Origin: a candidate division FCPU426 bacterium
GTDB taxonomy: Bacteria > Oederibacteriota > Muellerivitia > Muellerivitales > Muellerivitaceae
Assembly (NCBI GenBank): GCA_963738405.1
Contig: CAVTWJ010000005.1
Coordinates: 46,140-110,139, forward strand
DNA length: 64,000 nucleotides
Direction: 5' to 3'
In this document: positions 1 to 8,259 of the stretch, piece after piece
Position numbering within the stretch: position 1 is the stretch's first letter
How the letters are laid out: the number at the start of each line of letters is the position of its first letter
Made by a program: the position numbers and the translations under genes
The notes under the pieces: model-generated
Database searches by the model: none
The model's input: the letters and a program-made list of their open reading frames with translations, nothing else
What the model was told of the DNA's origin: nothing

Positions 1-387
1 GAGGGGGAAAGATCTTTTCCGGGAGTTCCACAAAGAGGGGCGGACTGGACTTGGCCAGCGACACTCACAAAAAACAGGCACAGAGCTATAAACCAAAAAA
101 CCTTGGATTTAAAAAGTTTTTGGTCATTCCTTACTTCAAATGTCATTTTCACAAAAAATGCAAACAAAGCTTCTCCCCAGGGCCAACCACAAGGCTTGTT
201 AACCGGTTAACCTCGAGGAATTATAACGTTATACTCAGGATAATTCTTGTATTTCGCACTAAAAAGAAGGGCTAAAAAGGGGCCTTTTAAAGGGTTTTTA
301 AAAATTTAACATTTGAATGATCTTTAAGCGGATCACATGGGAAATTTTTACCCAATTCTGCAAGGCTTCATTGGACGGAATTCGATG

Positions 388-732
388 CTACGATTGATCA
401 ATCCTTGGTGCGTCTTCCCATAACATGTCCAAATCATAGAAACTTCTCGCCTCGGGTTTGAAAATATGAACCACCACATCGATGTAATCCAAGATGTACC
501 AGTTGATATCTTTGGCGCTCAATATCGGGCGGATGCCCTTTTCTTTTTTGAGTTTATCTTCCACCGAATCGGCCAAAGCGCGAATCTGCGGGTCCGACCC
601 GCCCGTGCAGAGGACAAGGAAATCGGCATAGTTCACCAAATTTCCTACGTCGAGGGTTTTGATGTCAATCGCCTTTTTGTCTTCAAGCGCTTCAATCACA
701 GCCTTTAGAATTTCTTTATGTTCAGTGTTCAA
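388..732 (-). CDS. rsfS: Ribosome silencing factor RsfS (Iojap family)
   Basis: Motifs LEDKKAIDI, ADFLVLCTGGSDPQIRALAD, WYILDYIDVVVHIF..EAR.FYDL..LW; follows nadD as is usual. Start uncertain: TTG at 732 with AGAGG upstream preferred; the ORF extends to 765. Confidence 0.95.
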   Translation of the reverse strand: MNTEHKEILKAVIEALEDKKAIDIKTLDVGNLVNYADFLVLCTGGSDPQIRALADSVEDKLKKEKGIRPILSAKDINWYILDYIDVVVHIFKPEARSFYDLDMLWEDAPRIDQS

Positions 733-733
733 T

Positions 734-1003
734 TCAGCCTCTTGGATTTTGACGTACATGATCAATGGCCCGAGCTAACTCCACCAATAAATCAGTCTTG
801 AACTGCTGGCGAAGCTCTTCCAATCTTGTAAAGAGATAACCGCGTTCCGTTACGTGATACTTTGGGGGAAGCCGGTTAAGCACAATCGCTAGAATATCCA
901 GTCTTTCTTTTTCCGAAAGATTTATATCCTTGAAAGCGGGCTCCACCAGTATTTCCTCCAGTGATCTTCGCGCCGCCTCTTCCATAAAATTAACCAAGTT
1001 CAT
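734..1003 (-). CDS. ComFB-family protein (late competence development ComFB domain)
   Basis: 89 aa with N-x-MEE start motif and LDILAIVLNRLPPKYHV, typical of ComFB domains; lacks the Cys cluster of Bacillus ComFB. Confidence 0.8.
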   Translation of the reverse strand: MNLVNFMEEAARRSLEEILVEPAFKDINLSEKERLDILAIVLNRLPPKYHVTERGYLFTRLEELRQQFKTDLLVELARAIDHVRQNPRG

Positions 1004-1012
1004 CCCAATATC

Positions 1013-1645
1013 CTAAAGATAGAATTTTTGATTATGAATGTACTGTTCCACGGGCTCCGGCACCAAATACTTAATACTTTTCCATTCCCGCACTTTCTGG
1101 CGAATATCCGTGGAGCTGATGTCGGAAGTTGAAATATTTTCAATGATGACATTGTCGAGTATATGCGATTCCTCCGGACGCGAAGACGAACCCAACATCT
1201 TATAGTTAAATATTTTCCCCGCATCATAACCAGGACGAGGCACCGCGATAAACCGGCAAAGTTTTAGTAAAGCGTCTATGTTTTTCCAAGTGGATATTTC
1301 CATCAAAACATCCGCTCCCACAATAAAGTAAAGTTTAGCGTCCTCGCCATAAACTTGGGAAAAATGCCGGACCGTATCAATGGAATAGGATCGGCCCCCG
1401 CGGTCAATTTCGAAATCAGAAACTTCAAAGCACGGGTTCCCCACCGTGGCCAAATGCACCATGATGGATCTTTTGCGGGGTTCCAAAAGATCCGTCGGGT
1501 CTTTACGGGGCGGTAAAAAGGCAGGGACAAAAATCACTTTGTCTAAGTTGTACTTTGAGCGGATTTCCTCAGCGACGATTAAATGGCCGTAGTGAATGGG
1601 ATTAAAAGTTCCCCCAAAAATGGCAATCGACTTTGAACCGCTCAC
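1013..1645 (-). CDS. nadD: Nicotinate-nucleotide adenylyltransferase
   Basis: IFGGTFNPIHYGH, SYSIDTV, FIVGAD, ISSTDIR motifs; GTG start overlaps the Hsp70 stop (GTGA). Confidence 0.96.
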   Translation of the reverse strand: MSGSKSIAIFGGTFNPIHYGHLIVAEEIRSKYNLDKVIFVPAFLPPRKDPTDLLEPRKRSIMVHLATVGNPCFEVSDFEIDRGGRSYSIDTVRHFSQVYGEDAKLYFIVGADVLMEISTWKNIDALLKLCRFIAVPRPGYDAGKIFNYKMLGSSSRPEESHILDNVIIENISTSDISSTDIRQKVREWKSIKYLVPEPVEQYIHNQKFYL

Positions 1646-3396
1646 TCTCCCAAATCCTTCAGGAAAGAATTGATCATATCGCCCGTAAGAAACTCGTTTT
1701 CATTTCCCTCTTGAGGAGCGCTGGCGGGTGGCAGGTTCGGGGCGTCTCCAACGGGAATCTTCGTTTTCTCCAGGGCGGCTTTTTCTGGCTGTCCCTGCGG
1801 GGTTTCCTTCTCGGGCGAAGCGGAAATAACCCTTCCTTTCGCGGCCGCTATAAGCTTATCCAATTCGTCACGTGTTAGGCCGCTCGTCGCCGATACTTTC
1901 ATTTGTTGTGTTTGGCCCGACGCGACATTTTTGGCTGTAACATTTACGATTCCGTTAGCGTCAATTGAAAAGGTAACTTCGATTTGGGCCGCTCCCGCAA
2001 CTGCCGCTGGAATCCCCAGGAAAGAAAAGAAGCCTAATGTTTTATTATTGGTTGCGATTTTCGACTCACCCTGCAACACCTTAATGTTGACGGAGGTCTG
2101 CATGTCTTTAACCGTGGAATATAGTTTGCTCATCTTTGTAGGAACCGTGGTATTCCGGGGAATAATCGCGCTAAAAGTTCCCCCTAAAGTTTCCACGCCG
2201 AGTGAAAGCGGAGTAACGTCCAGAAGCAAGGCGTTTTTAACGTTTCCATTGATAATCCCAGCCTGAATGGACGCTCCTAACGCTACCGCTTCGTCTGGGT
2301 TTACTTTCGTGTTAGGTTCTTTGTTGTAGAATCTTTTTACAACCTCGCGAACTTTCGGCATCCTCGTCATGCCGCCAACCAAAAGCACCTCGTTCAAATC
2401 CACAGGCGCGAGATTCGCGTCTTTGAGGGCCTTTCGGCACGGCTCAAGCGTTCTCTCCACCAACGGAGCCACTAACTCCTCGAAAAGTTCACGGGATATG
2501 GCATAAGAGAGATTAAGAGGAATTCCGTCTTTCTTAGCGATAAATGGAAGATTAATATCAGTTTTGGGAACTGTGGACAGGTCACATTTTGCTTTTTCGG
2601 ATGCTTCCCGGAGTCTTTGGATCGCGACTGGATCCGCACGAAGGTCCAACCCGGTTTCGGATTGAAATTTCCCCAGGACCCATTCCATAAGGCTTTGATC
2701 AAAATCGTCCCCACCCAGATGGGTATCACCACACGTTGAAAGCACCCGGTACAACCCGTTTAACAGTTCGAGCACTGTAACGTCGAGGGTCCCTCCGCCC
2801 AGATCGTAAACGACGATCTTTTGATTTTTTTTGGTATCAAAATCGTAGGATAAGGCGGCTGCGGTGGGTTCATTGATAATCCGCAAAACCTCAAAACCCG
2901 CAATTTTACCGGCATCCTTTGTGGCTTGACGTTGGGAATCGTTGAAATACGCCGGAACCGTAATAACAGCCTGCGTTACTTTTTCACCGAGCTTGGTTTC
3001 AACATCTTGTTTTATTTTCTGGAGGATAATCGCGGATATTTCTTCGGGAGATTTAAGCTGGTTATCCAGTTGGACCCGAATATCACTGTTTTCCGATCCC
3101 CCTAAGTCGTACGAAACGAGTGTTTTATCCTTTTGGACATCATCATCGGTAATCTTTCGGCCTATGAACCTTTTTATCGAGGAAACAGTTCCTTTTGGAT
3201 TCGTGAAGGCCTGATGTTTGGCATCCAATCCGACCAACCAACTACCCTGAGCCGTTAACGCTACTACGGAAGGTGTGGTACGGTAACCATCCGAATTCGG
3301 AATAACTTGAGGTTCCCCGCTCTTGAGGAAGGCCACACAAGAATTGGTTGTTCCCAGGTCGATTCCGATAGCAACGGTAGCTGCACGTTCAGGCAT
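1642..3396 (-). CDS. Hsp70/DnaK-family chaperone lacking most of the alpha-helical lid
   Basis: [49 protein letters not shown] and [11 protein letters not shown] linker; SBD-beta present; a Pro/Glu-rich tail follows helix A instead of helices B-E. Confidence 0.93.
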   Translation of the reverse strand: MPERAATVAIGIDLGTTNSCVAFLKSGEPQVIPNSDGYRTTPSVVALTAQGSWLVGLDAKHQAFTNPKGTVSSIKRFIGRKITDDDVQKDKTLVSYDLGGSENSDIRVQLDNQLKSPEEISAIILQKIKQDVETKLGEKVTQAVITVPAYFNDSQRQATKDAGKIAGFEVLRIINEPTAAALSYDFDTKKNQKIVVYDLGGGTLDVTVLELLNGLYRVLSTCGDTHLGGDDFDQSLMEWVLGKFQSETGLDLRADPVAIQRLREASEKAKCDLSTVPKTDINLPFIAKKDGIPLNLSYAISRELFEELVAPLVERTLEPCRKALKDANLAPVDLNEVLLVGGMTRMPKVREVVKRFYNKEPNTKVNPDEAVALGASIQAGIINGNVKNALLLDVTPLSLGVETLGGTFSAIIPRNTTVPTKMSKLYSTVKDMQTSVNIKVLQGESKIATNNKTLGFFSFLGIPAAVAGAAQIEVTFSIDANGIVNVTAKNVASGQTQQMKVSATSGLTRDELDKLIAAAKGRVISASPEKETPQGQPEKAALEKTKIPVGDAPNLPPASAPQEGNENEFLTGDMINSFLKDLGE

Positions 3397-3410
3397 AAAC
3401 CTTCCTTAAC

Positions 3411-3992
3411 CTAAGCTTTTTTGCCATAAACATAGCCCATGGCCAAACTTAAAGTTTTTTTTGCTTCATAGTCATCTGAATTATATTTTAATAGTCTTTC
3501 AAAGCAAGCTACCGAATCTTTGAAATTCCCTTGATACCCAAAGAGGATCCCGAGGTTGAAATGAGCATTTACAAACCCTGGTATTAATTTCGCAGATGCC
3601 ACCCACTCATGCTGGGCCTGGTTCCAATTGTCTTTATCCTGAAAAAATTCATTCCCTTTAAAGAAATGAAGCTCCGCTTCTATTTCTTCCTTTGATTTCT
3701 TTAAATTCAGCAGCCCTTTTTTAACCCCCACCAACAAGCCCATTTCCTTTCGGATATCGTTTCGGACCTGAAAATTATAGATTTCACGCTTCAGAGGATC
3801 GCTTAAAACATTGTAAGCCTCAACAATTTCCATTGTTTTCTCAATAGCCGATTCCACTTGGCCTGGATTGGTATCGGGGTGATTCTGGAAAATAAGTTGT
3901 TTATAGGTTTCTTGCAAATGTTGCAGGTCAATGGGGGGATAGATCTTAAAAATTTCATAATAATTTTTTTTTGCCACTTCGTGATACCCCAT
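3411..3992 (-). CDS. J-domain (HPD) protein with C-terminal TPR repeats
   Basis: NYYEIF...YKQLIFQNHPDTNP...IVEAYNVLSDPLKREIYN J-domain, then TPR-like AHFNLGILFGYQGNFKDSVACFERLL. Confidence 0.88.
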   Translation of the reverse strand: MGYHEVAKKNYYEIFKIYPPIDLQHLQETYKQLIFQNHPDTNPGQVESAIEKTMEIVEAYNVLSDPLKREIYNFQVRNDIRKEMGLLVGVKKGLLNLKKSKEEIEAELHFFKGNEFFQDKDNWNQAQHEWVASAKLIPGFVNAHFNLGILFGYQGNFKDSVACFERLLKYNSDDYEAKKTLSLAMGYVYGKKA

Positions 3993-4091
3993 CAAAAGTA
4001 AAGAGATTTAGAATTCCGTAATCCGAGACTAATTTGGCAAGTCAACTATACTAGCATGAAAAAAAGTTTAATTTTAAGGTAAATGGACGCC

Positions 4092-5228
4092 CTAATACAA
4101 AAGGGTTTGAACCATGTTATCCCGATGAACCGCTTCTTCCGGCGTCGAAGGGCCTAATTTTTCTCGAATTTCTTTGGTCCTCAACCCTTTTATTTTTTCC
4201 AACAGGCTCGAATCGAAACTCGATAGCCCCTTAGCAAATTCCAAGCCGTGAAGGGTTAGAATTTTAACCATTTCGCCTTTTTTCCAATCGCCTTTAATCA
4301 GTTTGATTCCGGAAGGCAAAAGACTCTTATGACCCTCGAGGGCCTTGCGCGCGCCTTCATCCACCCAAATTTCCCCTTTGGGCCTCACACTCCAAGCCAG
4401 CCATCTTTTACGACTATTCATTTTGACAACGGATGGATAAAAGTAAGTTCCGACTTTGTGACCCTCACAAATCTTTTGGAGGATTTTTACGTCCCTGCCA
4501 TTGGCGATGACCATTGGGATGCCGGACAACATCATTTTTCGCGCAACACGGATTTTAGTGGCCATACCTCCCGTCCCTACACCGGACCGGGTTCCGGTGG
4601 CTCCCCGATCATAACGTTCATCCCATGCGGTGATTTCTGAAATAAGTCTCGCGTTTGGATTCTGCCTTGGGTCATCCTCGAAGAATCCGTCCGTATCTGT
4701 CAAGATGATCAAAAGGTCCGATTCAGTCCAGTGGCTGACCAACATGGCAAGCGTATCGTTGTCTCCAAACTTTATCTCTTCTACCGCGACCGTATCATTC
4801 TCATTCACTACCGGAATAACTTGGTTTCTCAGAAGTTCCAAGAAAGTATTGTGGGCATTGGTATAGCGTTCTCGATCCGACAAATCCTCTTGTGTTAAGA
4901 GGATTTGAGCCACCTTGAGGTTTTTATTTTTAAACAATGTCTGATAGGCCTGCATCAATCGGCATTGGCCAATGGCCGCTAAGGCTTGAAGCCGTGGAAT
5001 TTCCCTGGGACGCTTTTTAAGATTCAATTCATGCATTCCCGCGGCAATCGCGCCAGAAGTGACAATGATCGTTTTAACTCCCCCAACCTGAAGACTATGA
5101 ATTTGTTTGGCCAGCGAGCGCAAAAAATGGTTTTGAATCCCCTTGGTTTTACCCTCGGTCAATAAACTGCTCCCAACCTTCACAACAATGCGTTTGATGG
5201 GAGGCAATTTCCTGCGGTCAGCTTTCAT
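4092..5228 (-). CDS. proB: Glutamate 5-kinase with PUA domain
   Basis: RIVVKVGSS, VTSGAIAAG, VNENDTVAVEEIKFGDND, GTGGMATK, C-terminal PUA (KSLLPSGI, VHRDNM). ATG at 5228 overlaps the obgE end. Confidence 0.96.
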   Translation of the reverse strand: MKADRRKLPPIKRIVVKVGSSLLTEGKTKGIQNHFLRSLAKQIHSLQVGGVKTIIVTSGAIAAGMHELNLKKRPREIPRLQALAAIGQCRLMQAYQTLFKNKNLKVAQILLTQEDLSDRERYTNAHNTFLELLRNQVIPVVNENDTVAVEEIKFGDNDTLAMLVSHWTESDLLIILTDTDGFFEDDPRQNPNARLISEITAWDERYDRGATGTRSGVGTGGMATKIRVARKMMLSGIPMVIANGRDVKILQKICEGHKVGTYFYPSVVKMNSRKRWLAWSVRPKGEIWVDEGARKALEGHKSLLPSGIKLIKGDWKKGEMVKILTLHGLEFAKGLSSFDSSLLEKIKGLRTKEIREKLGPSTPEEAVHRDNMVQTLLY

Positions 5229-6513
5229 GGCGGGTCTCCAAGCGATTGGGTTCGTAAAAAAGTTCTTTATTCCCCAAAAAAACGGTGTCACCCGGCTTCG
5301 CGCCTTGGCGGTGCAGTTCGCCGATCACCCCCAAGCGTTTGAGGATCTTTTGAAATCTTTCGAGGCCGTCCCGGCTTTCAAACCGGGTCATGGCGACCCA
5401 TTTATCCACTTCGCGCCCCGAAACATGATATCCGCTTCCTTCCTTCCAGACCCGGAAACGGGCTTTGACTTCGTATTTTACTTCTGATTCGGGCCCTATT
5501 TCATCCATCAGGGGCAAGGGTTCCTGGACCCTTTTCCATGTTTCTTCCAAAAGGGCCGCCAGACCTTCTCCCGATACGGCCGAGATCAGAAAAACTTTTA
5601 TTCCCTTTTTAGAAAAACTTTTCGCCCAAGCCAAGGCTTTCTCCTTTTCCAAGAGGGCGTCCGCCTTGGTCAAGACGAGAATCTGCGGTGTTTTTTTAAA
5701 TCGGGCGCTGTGATTAAAAAGTTCCCGGTCAATGGTCTTAATTTGACGCTGAAGGTCCTTCAAATCTTTGACCGACGTTAAGTCGACGAGGTGAAGAAGA
5801 AGCCGGGTGCGTTCGAGATGCCTTAAAAATTTGATCCCCAAGCCCTTTCCCTGGCTTGCCCCTTCAATCAGCCCCGGCATATCGGCCATTACAAAATTTC
5901 TATTTTCAGAAAGGGAAATGACGCCCAGCTGGGGTTCCAGTGTCGTGAACGGATAATCGGCGATTTTGGGGCGGGCCTTCGAAACTCTTGAAAGGAGAGT
6001 GGATTTCCCGGCGTTCGGAAAGCCTAAGAGCCCCACATCCGCGAGGAGTTTAAGCTCCAACCGCAATACTTTTGTTTCTCCAGGTTCCCCATTTTCCGCC
6101 AAGCGGGGCGCCTTTTGAGTCGCGGTGGCAAAAGTTGTGTTTCCTCGGCCGCCACGGCCGCCTCTGGCCACGAGAAATCTTTGGCCGTTCTCCCGCATAT
6201 CGGTGATGAGCTCGTGATCCGGGGACCAGACCATGGTGCCCACCGGAACATGGATGACCACCGGCTCGGCGGCCCTGCCATGCTGATTTTTGCCCTTGCC
6301 GTGTTCGCCGTGTTTGGCGCGGAAGAGAGGGCGGTATATAAAATCCACGAGGGTTCGGGTATCGAGGCGCGCTTCCAGAATTATATCCCCGCCGCGGCCG
6401 CCATTGCCGCCGTCCGGTCCGCCGCGGGGAATATATTTTTCCCTTCGGAAGCTGGAACAACCGTTCCCCCCCTGCCCCGCTTCCACCGTGATTACCGCTT
6501 CATCAACAATCAT
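5218..6513 (-). CDS. obgE: GTPase ObgE/CgtA with C-terminal OCT domain
   Basis: Gly-rich Obg fold (FRREKYIPRGGPDGGNGGRGG), GFPNAGKST, YPFTT, DMPG, TKAD; start taken at MIVDEA (6513). Confidence 0.97.
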   Translation of the reverse strand: MIVDEAVITVEAGQGGNGCSSFRREKYIPRGGPDGGNGGRGGDIILEARLDTRTLVDFIYRPLFRAKHGEHGKGKNQHGRAAEPVVIHVPVGTMVWSPDHELITDMRENGQRFLVARGGRGGRGNTTFATATQKAPRLAENGEPGETKVLRLELKLLADVGLLGFPNAGKSTLLSRVSKARPKIADYPFTTLEPQLGVISLSENRNFVMADMPGLIEGASQGKGLGIKFLRHLERTRLLLHLVDLTSVKDLKDLQRQIKTIDRELFNHSARFKKTPQILVLTKADALLEKEKALAWAKSFSKKGIKVFLISAVSGEGLAALLEETWKRVQEPLPLMDEIGPESEVKYEVKARFRVWKEGSGYHVSGREVDKWVAMTRFESRDGLERFQKILKRLGVIGELHRQGAKPGDTVFLGNKELFYEPNRLETRHES

Positions 6514-6550
6514 GAGATCAGCTTTCAAACATAATGAGACTGCCCACAAA

Positions 6551-6580
6551 TAAAAAAACCCCGCCCTTTGGGACGGGGTT
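6551..6580 (-). terminator. Intrinsic terminator after rpmA
   Basis: Minus strand AACCCCGTCC-CAAA-GGGCGGGGTT followed by TTTTTA, just after the rpmA stop. Confidence 0.75.
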
Positions 6581-6594
6581 GGGACAAAGGAGTG

Positions 6595-6855
6595 CTAAAC
6601 AGTCTGGGGTGCGACGCTTACTTTCTTCGTGCCACCTCGAAATTCCCTGAAACTTACTTCTCCGGAAATCTTGGCGAACAGAGTATCGTCCTTGCCCACA
6701 CCCACATTGAGGCCGGGTTTGTACCGAAGGCCTCTTTGACGAACGAGAATGCTTCCCGCCGTCACAAAATTTCCGCCGTGCGCCTTGATTCCCAGACGCT
6801 GGCTATTGCTATCTCTGCCGTTCCGGGTGGAACCACCCGCTTTATGCTGACCCAT
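6595..6855 (-). CDS. rpmA: 50S ribosomal protein L27
   Basis: [40 protein letters not shown]. Confidence 0.97.
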   Translation of the reverse strand: MGQHKAGGSTRNGRDSNSQRLGIKAHGGNFVTAGSILVRQRGLRYKPGLNVGVGKDDTLFAKISGEVSFREFRGGTKKVSVAPQTV

Positions 6856-6874
6856 TTTCCTGCTCCCTTTTCAA

Positions 6875-7189
6875 TTATGACTGAATGATTTTTTCGATGG
6901 TCACCGAGGTAAACTTGGGGCGTGAACCCTTCGTTTTCATGGTGTTTTTCCGGCGAGTGTAGCGAAAAACCCGGATTTTTTTCCCTTGGGAATTTACAAG
7001 TATCTTTCCCTGCACCTTTGCTTTTTTGACTTCATCATGTTTGATCTTCAAGTGGCCATTGTCTTCTAATAGAAGGACTTGACTGAATTCAATTGCATCT
7101 CCGGGATTGCCACCCAGACGGTCCACCTTAATCACGTCCCCTTCGGCAACACGGTATTGTTTTCCCCCGGTTTGTATGACGGCGTACAT
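6875..7189 (-). CDS. rplU: 50S ribosomal protein L21
   Basis: MYAVIQTGGKQYRVAEGD; GGAGG Shine-Dalgarno; rplU-rpmA order. Confidence 0.97.
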   Translation of the reverse strand: MYAVIQTGGKQYRVAEGDVIKVDRLGGNPGDAIEFSQVLLLEDNGHLKIKHDEVKKAKVQGKILVNSQGKKIRVFRYTRRKNTMKTKGSRPKFTSVTIEKIIQS

Positions 7190-7238
7190 TCAAAACCTCC
7201 TGAAAATGTGGCCCTATTAGCCGAGCCAAAGAAAAGTG

Positions 7239-7267
7239 AGTTTATTCAGGGGAAATGCTCTTGTCAA
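7239..7267 (-). promoter_or_regulatory. Sigma70-type promoter for rplU-rpmA
   Basis: TTGACA (7267-7262), 17 bp, TAAACT (7244-7239). Confidence 0.65.
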
Positions 7268-7279
7268 GCATTTGTCGGC

Positions 7280-8212
7280 CTAATACCAAAGAAGAAGACC
7301 GAATAAACTGGTACTGGTAATGAAACTGGAACTAATTTGGGAGGGTCTCCAGGCATAACCCAATTCATACTCCAGTTTCCCAAGATTGTATCTAAGACCG
7401 GCCCCGGCGGAAAATCCCCCGTTTAGGTTGTTCGGATCACTAAACCGGTAGCCGACCCTTAGCGCGAGGATACTGCGGTGCCAATATTCAACCCCAACGG
7501 ATGCTTGATTCCCTTCGCCCTGGACGTAAAACCCTTCTACGCTTGATAAAAGAGTAGATGTAGGGGAAACAATTAAGGGCCGGGATAATGCCAATCGAAA
7601 TGTTAGGGGAAGAGGGTCTTGTGAACCATCGCTGGGTTGATATTGAACCGCCGGGCCGATGTTTTGGGCGACTAAGGCGATATCGGTTTCCAACAATTGA
7701 ACCTTGAAACCTAAATCCAAAGCCTCCACAAACGCCTGTTTATCTCCAAGGACCGAATAGAGCGTTTTTAACGCCCCCCCTACCGCGATAGCGCCAAACT
7801 GTTGAGCATCGGCTACCGTTAAAAGATAGTCACTCACATTCACCGGGGGATCTGTGGCAAGAGTATTCGAGATGGGCGGCATATGCCGAAAAATTAATTG
7901 TCCCCCTATATTTCCATAGTTTTGTGTGGGGACCGCCACAGAAAGCGCTTCGGTTTCTACTCCCGCAAACCCTTCTACATGATCGAGTCCCAAACTATAT
8001 TTGGATACACGAGACAAGCCAGCCGGATTATAACCAATGACATAAACGTCATCGCCGAATGCCGCATAGGTTCCGCCCAAGGCCGCTGGCCGAACACCAA
8101 TAGGGCTTTTCAAAAGATCCGCGCCGGTGGTTCCGGCGTCCTGACCTAATAAACGCACGGGAACGAAAAATAAAAGAAAAAGGAAAAGAGGCGTGGGTTG
8201 CGAATGTCTCAT
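7280..8212 (-). CDS. PorV/PorQ-family outer-membrane beta-barrel
   Basis: Signal peptide; ADLLKSPIGVRPAALGGTYAAFGDD...YNPAGL N-terminal motif of PorV/PorQ/FadL-like barrels; LPLTFRLA, ALRVGY; aromatic C-terminus. Confidence 0.8.
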   Translation of the reverse strand: MRHSQPTPLFLFLLFFVPVRLLGQDAGTTGADLLKSPIGVRPAALGGTYAAFGDDVYVIGYNPAGLSRVSKYSLGLDHVEGFAGVETEALSVAVPTQNYGNIGGQLIFRHMPPISNTLATDPPVNVSDYLLTVADAQQFGAIAVGGALKTLYSVLGDKQAFVEALDLGFKVQLLETDIALVAQNIGPAVQYQPSDGSQDPLPLTFRLALSRPLIVSPTSTLLSSVEGFYVQGEGNQASVGVEYWHRSILALRVGYRFSDPNNLNGGFSAGAGLRYNLGKLEYELGYAWRPSQISSSFITSTSLFGLLLWY

Positions 8213-8259
8213 TGAGCCAAACTAACACCCCCTTCAGGAAGGGGTCAAGAAGAGACGCC

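Noticed and set aside
51..275. 74-aa plus-strand ORF
   Set aside because: Low-complexity Lys/Phe-rich translation of AT-rich DNA with a TTG start and no motif.
1642..1850. Frameshifted pseudogene explanation for the short Hsp70
   Set aside because: Only about 200 bp remain before nadD, too little for a full lid, and the stop is coupled to the nadD start.
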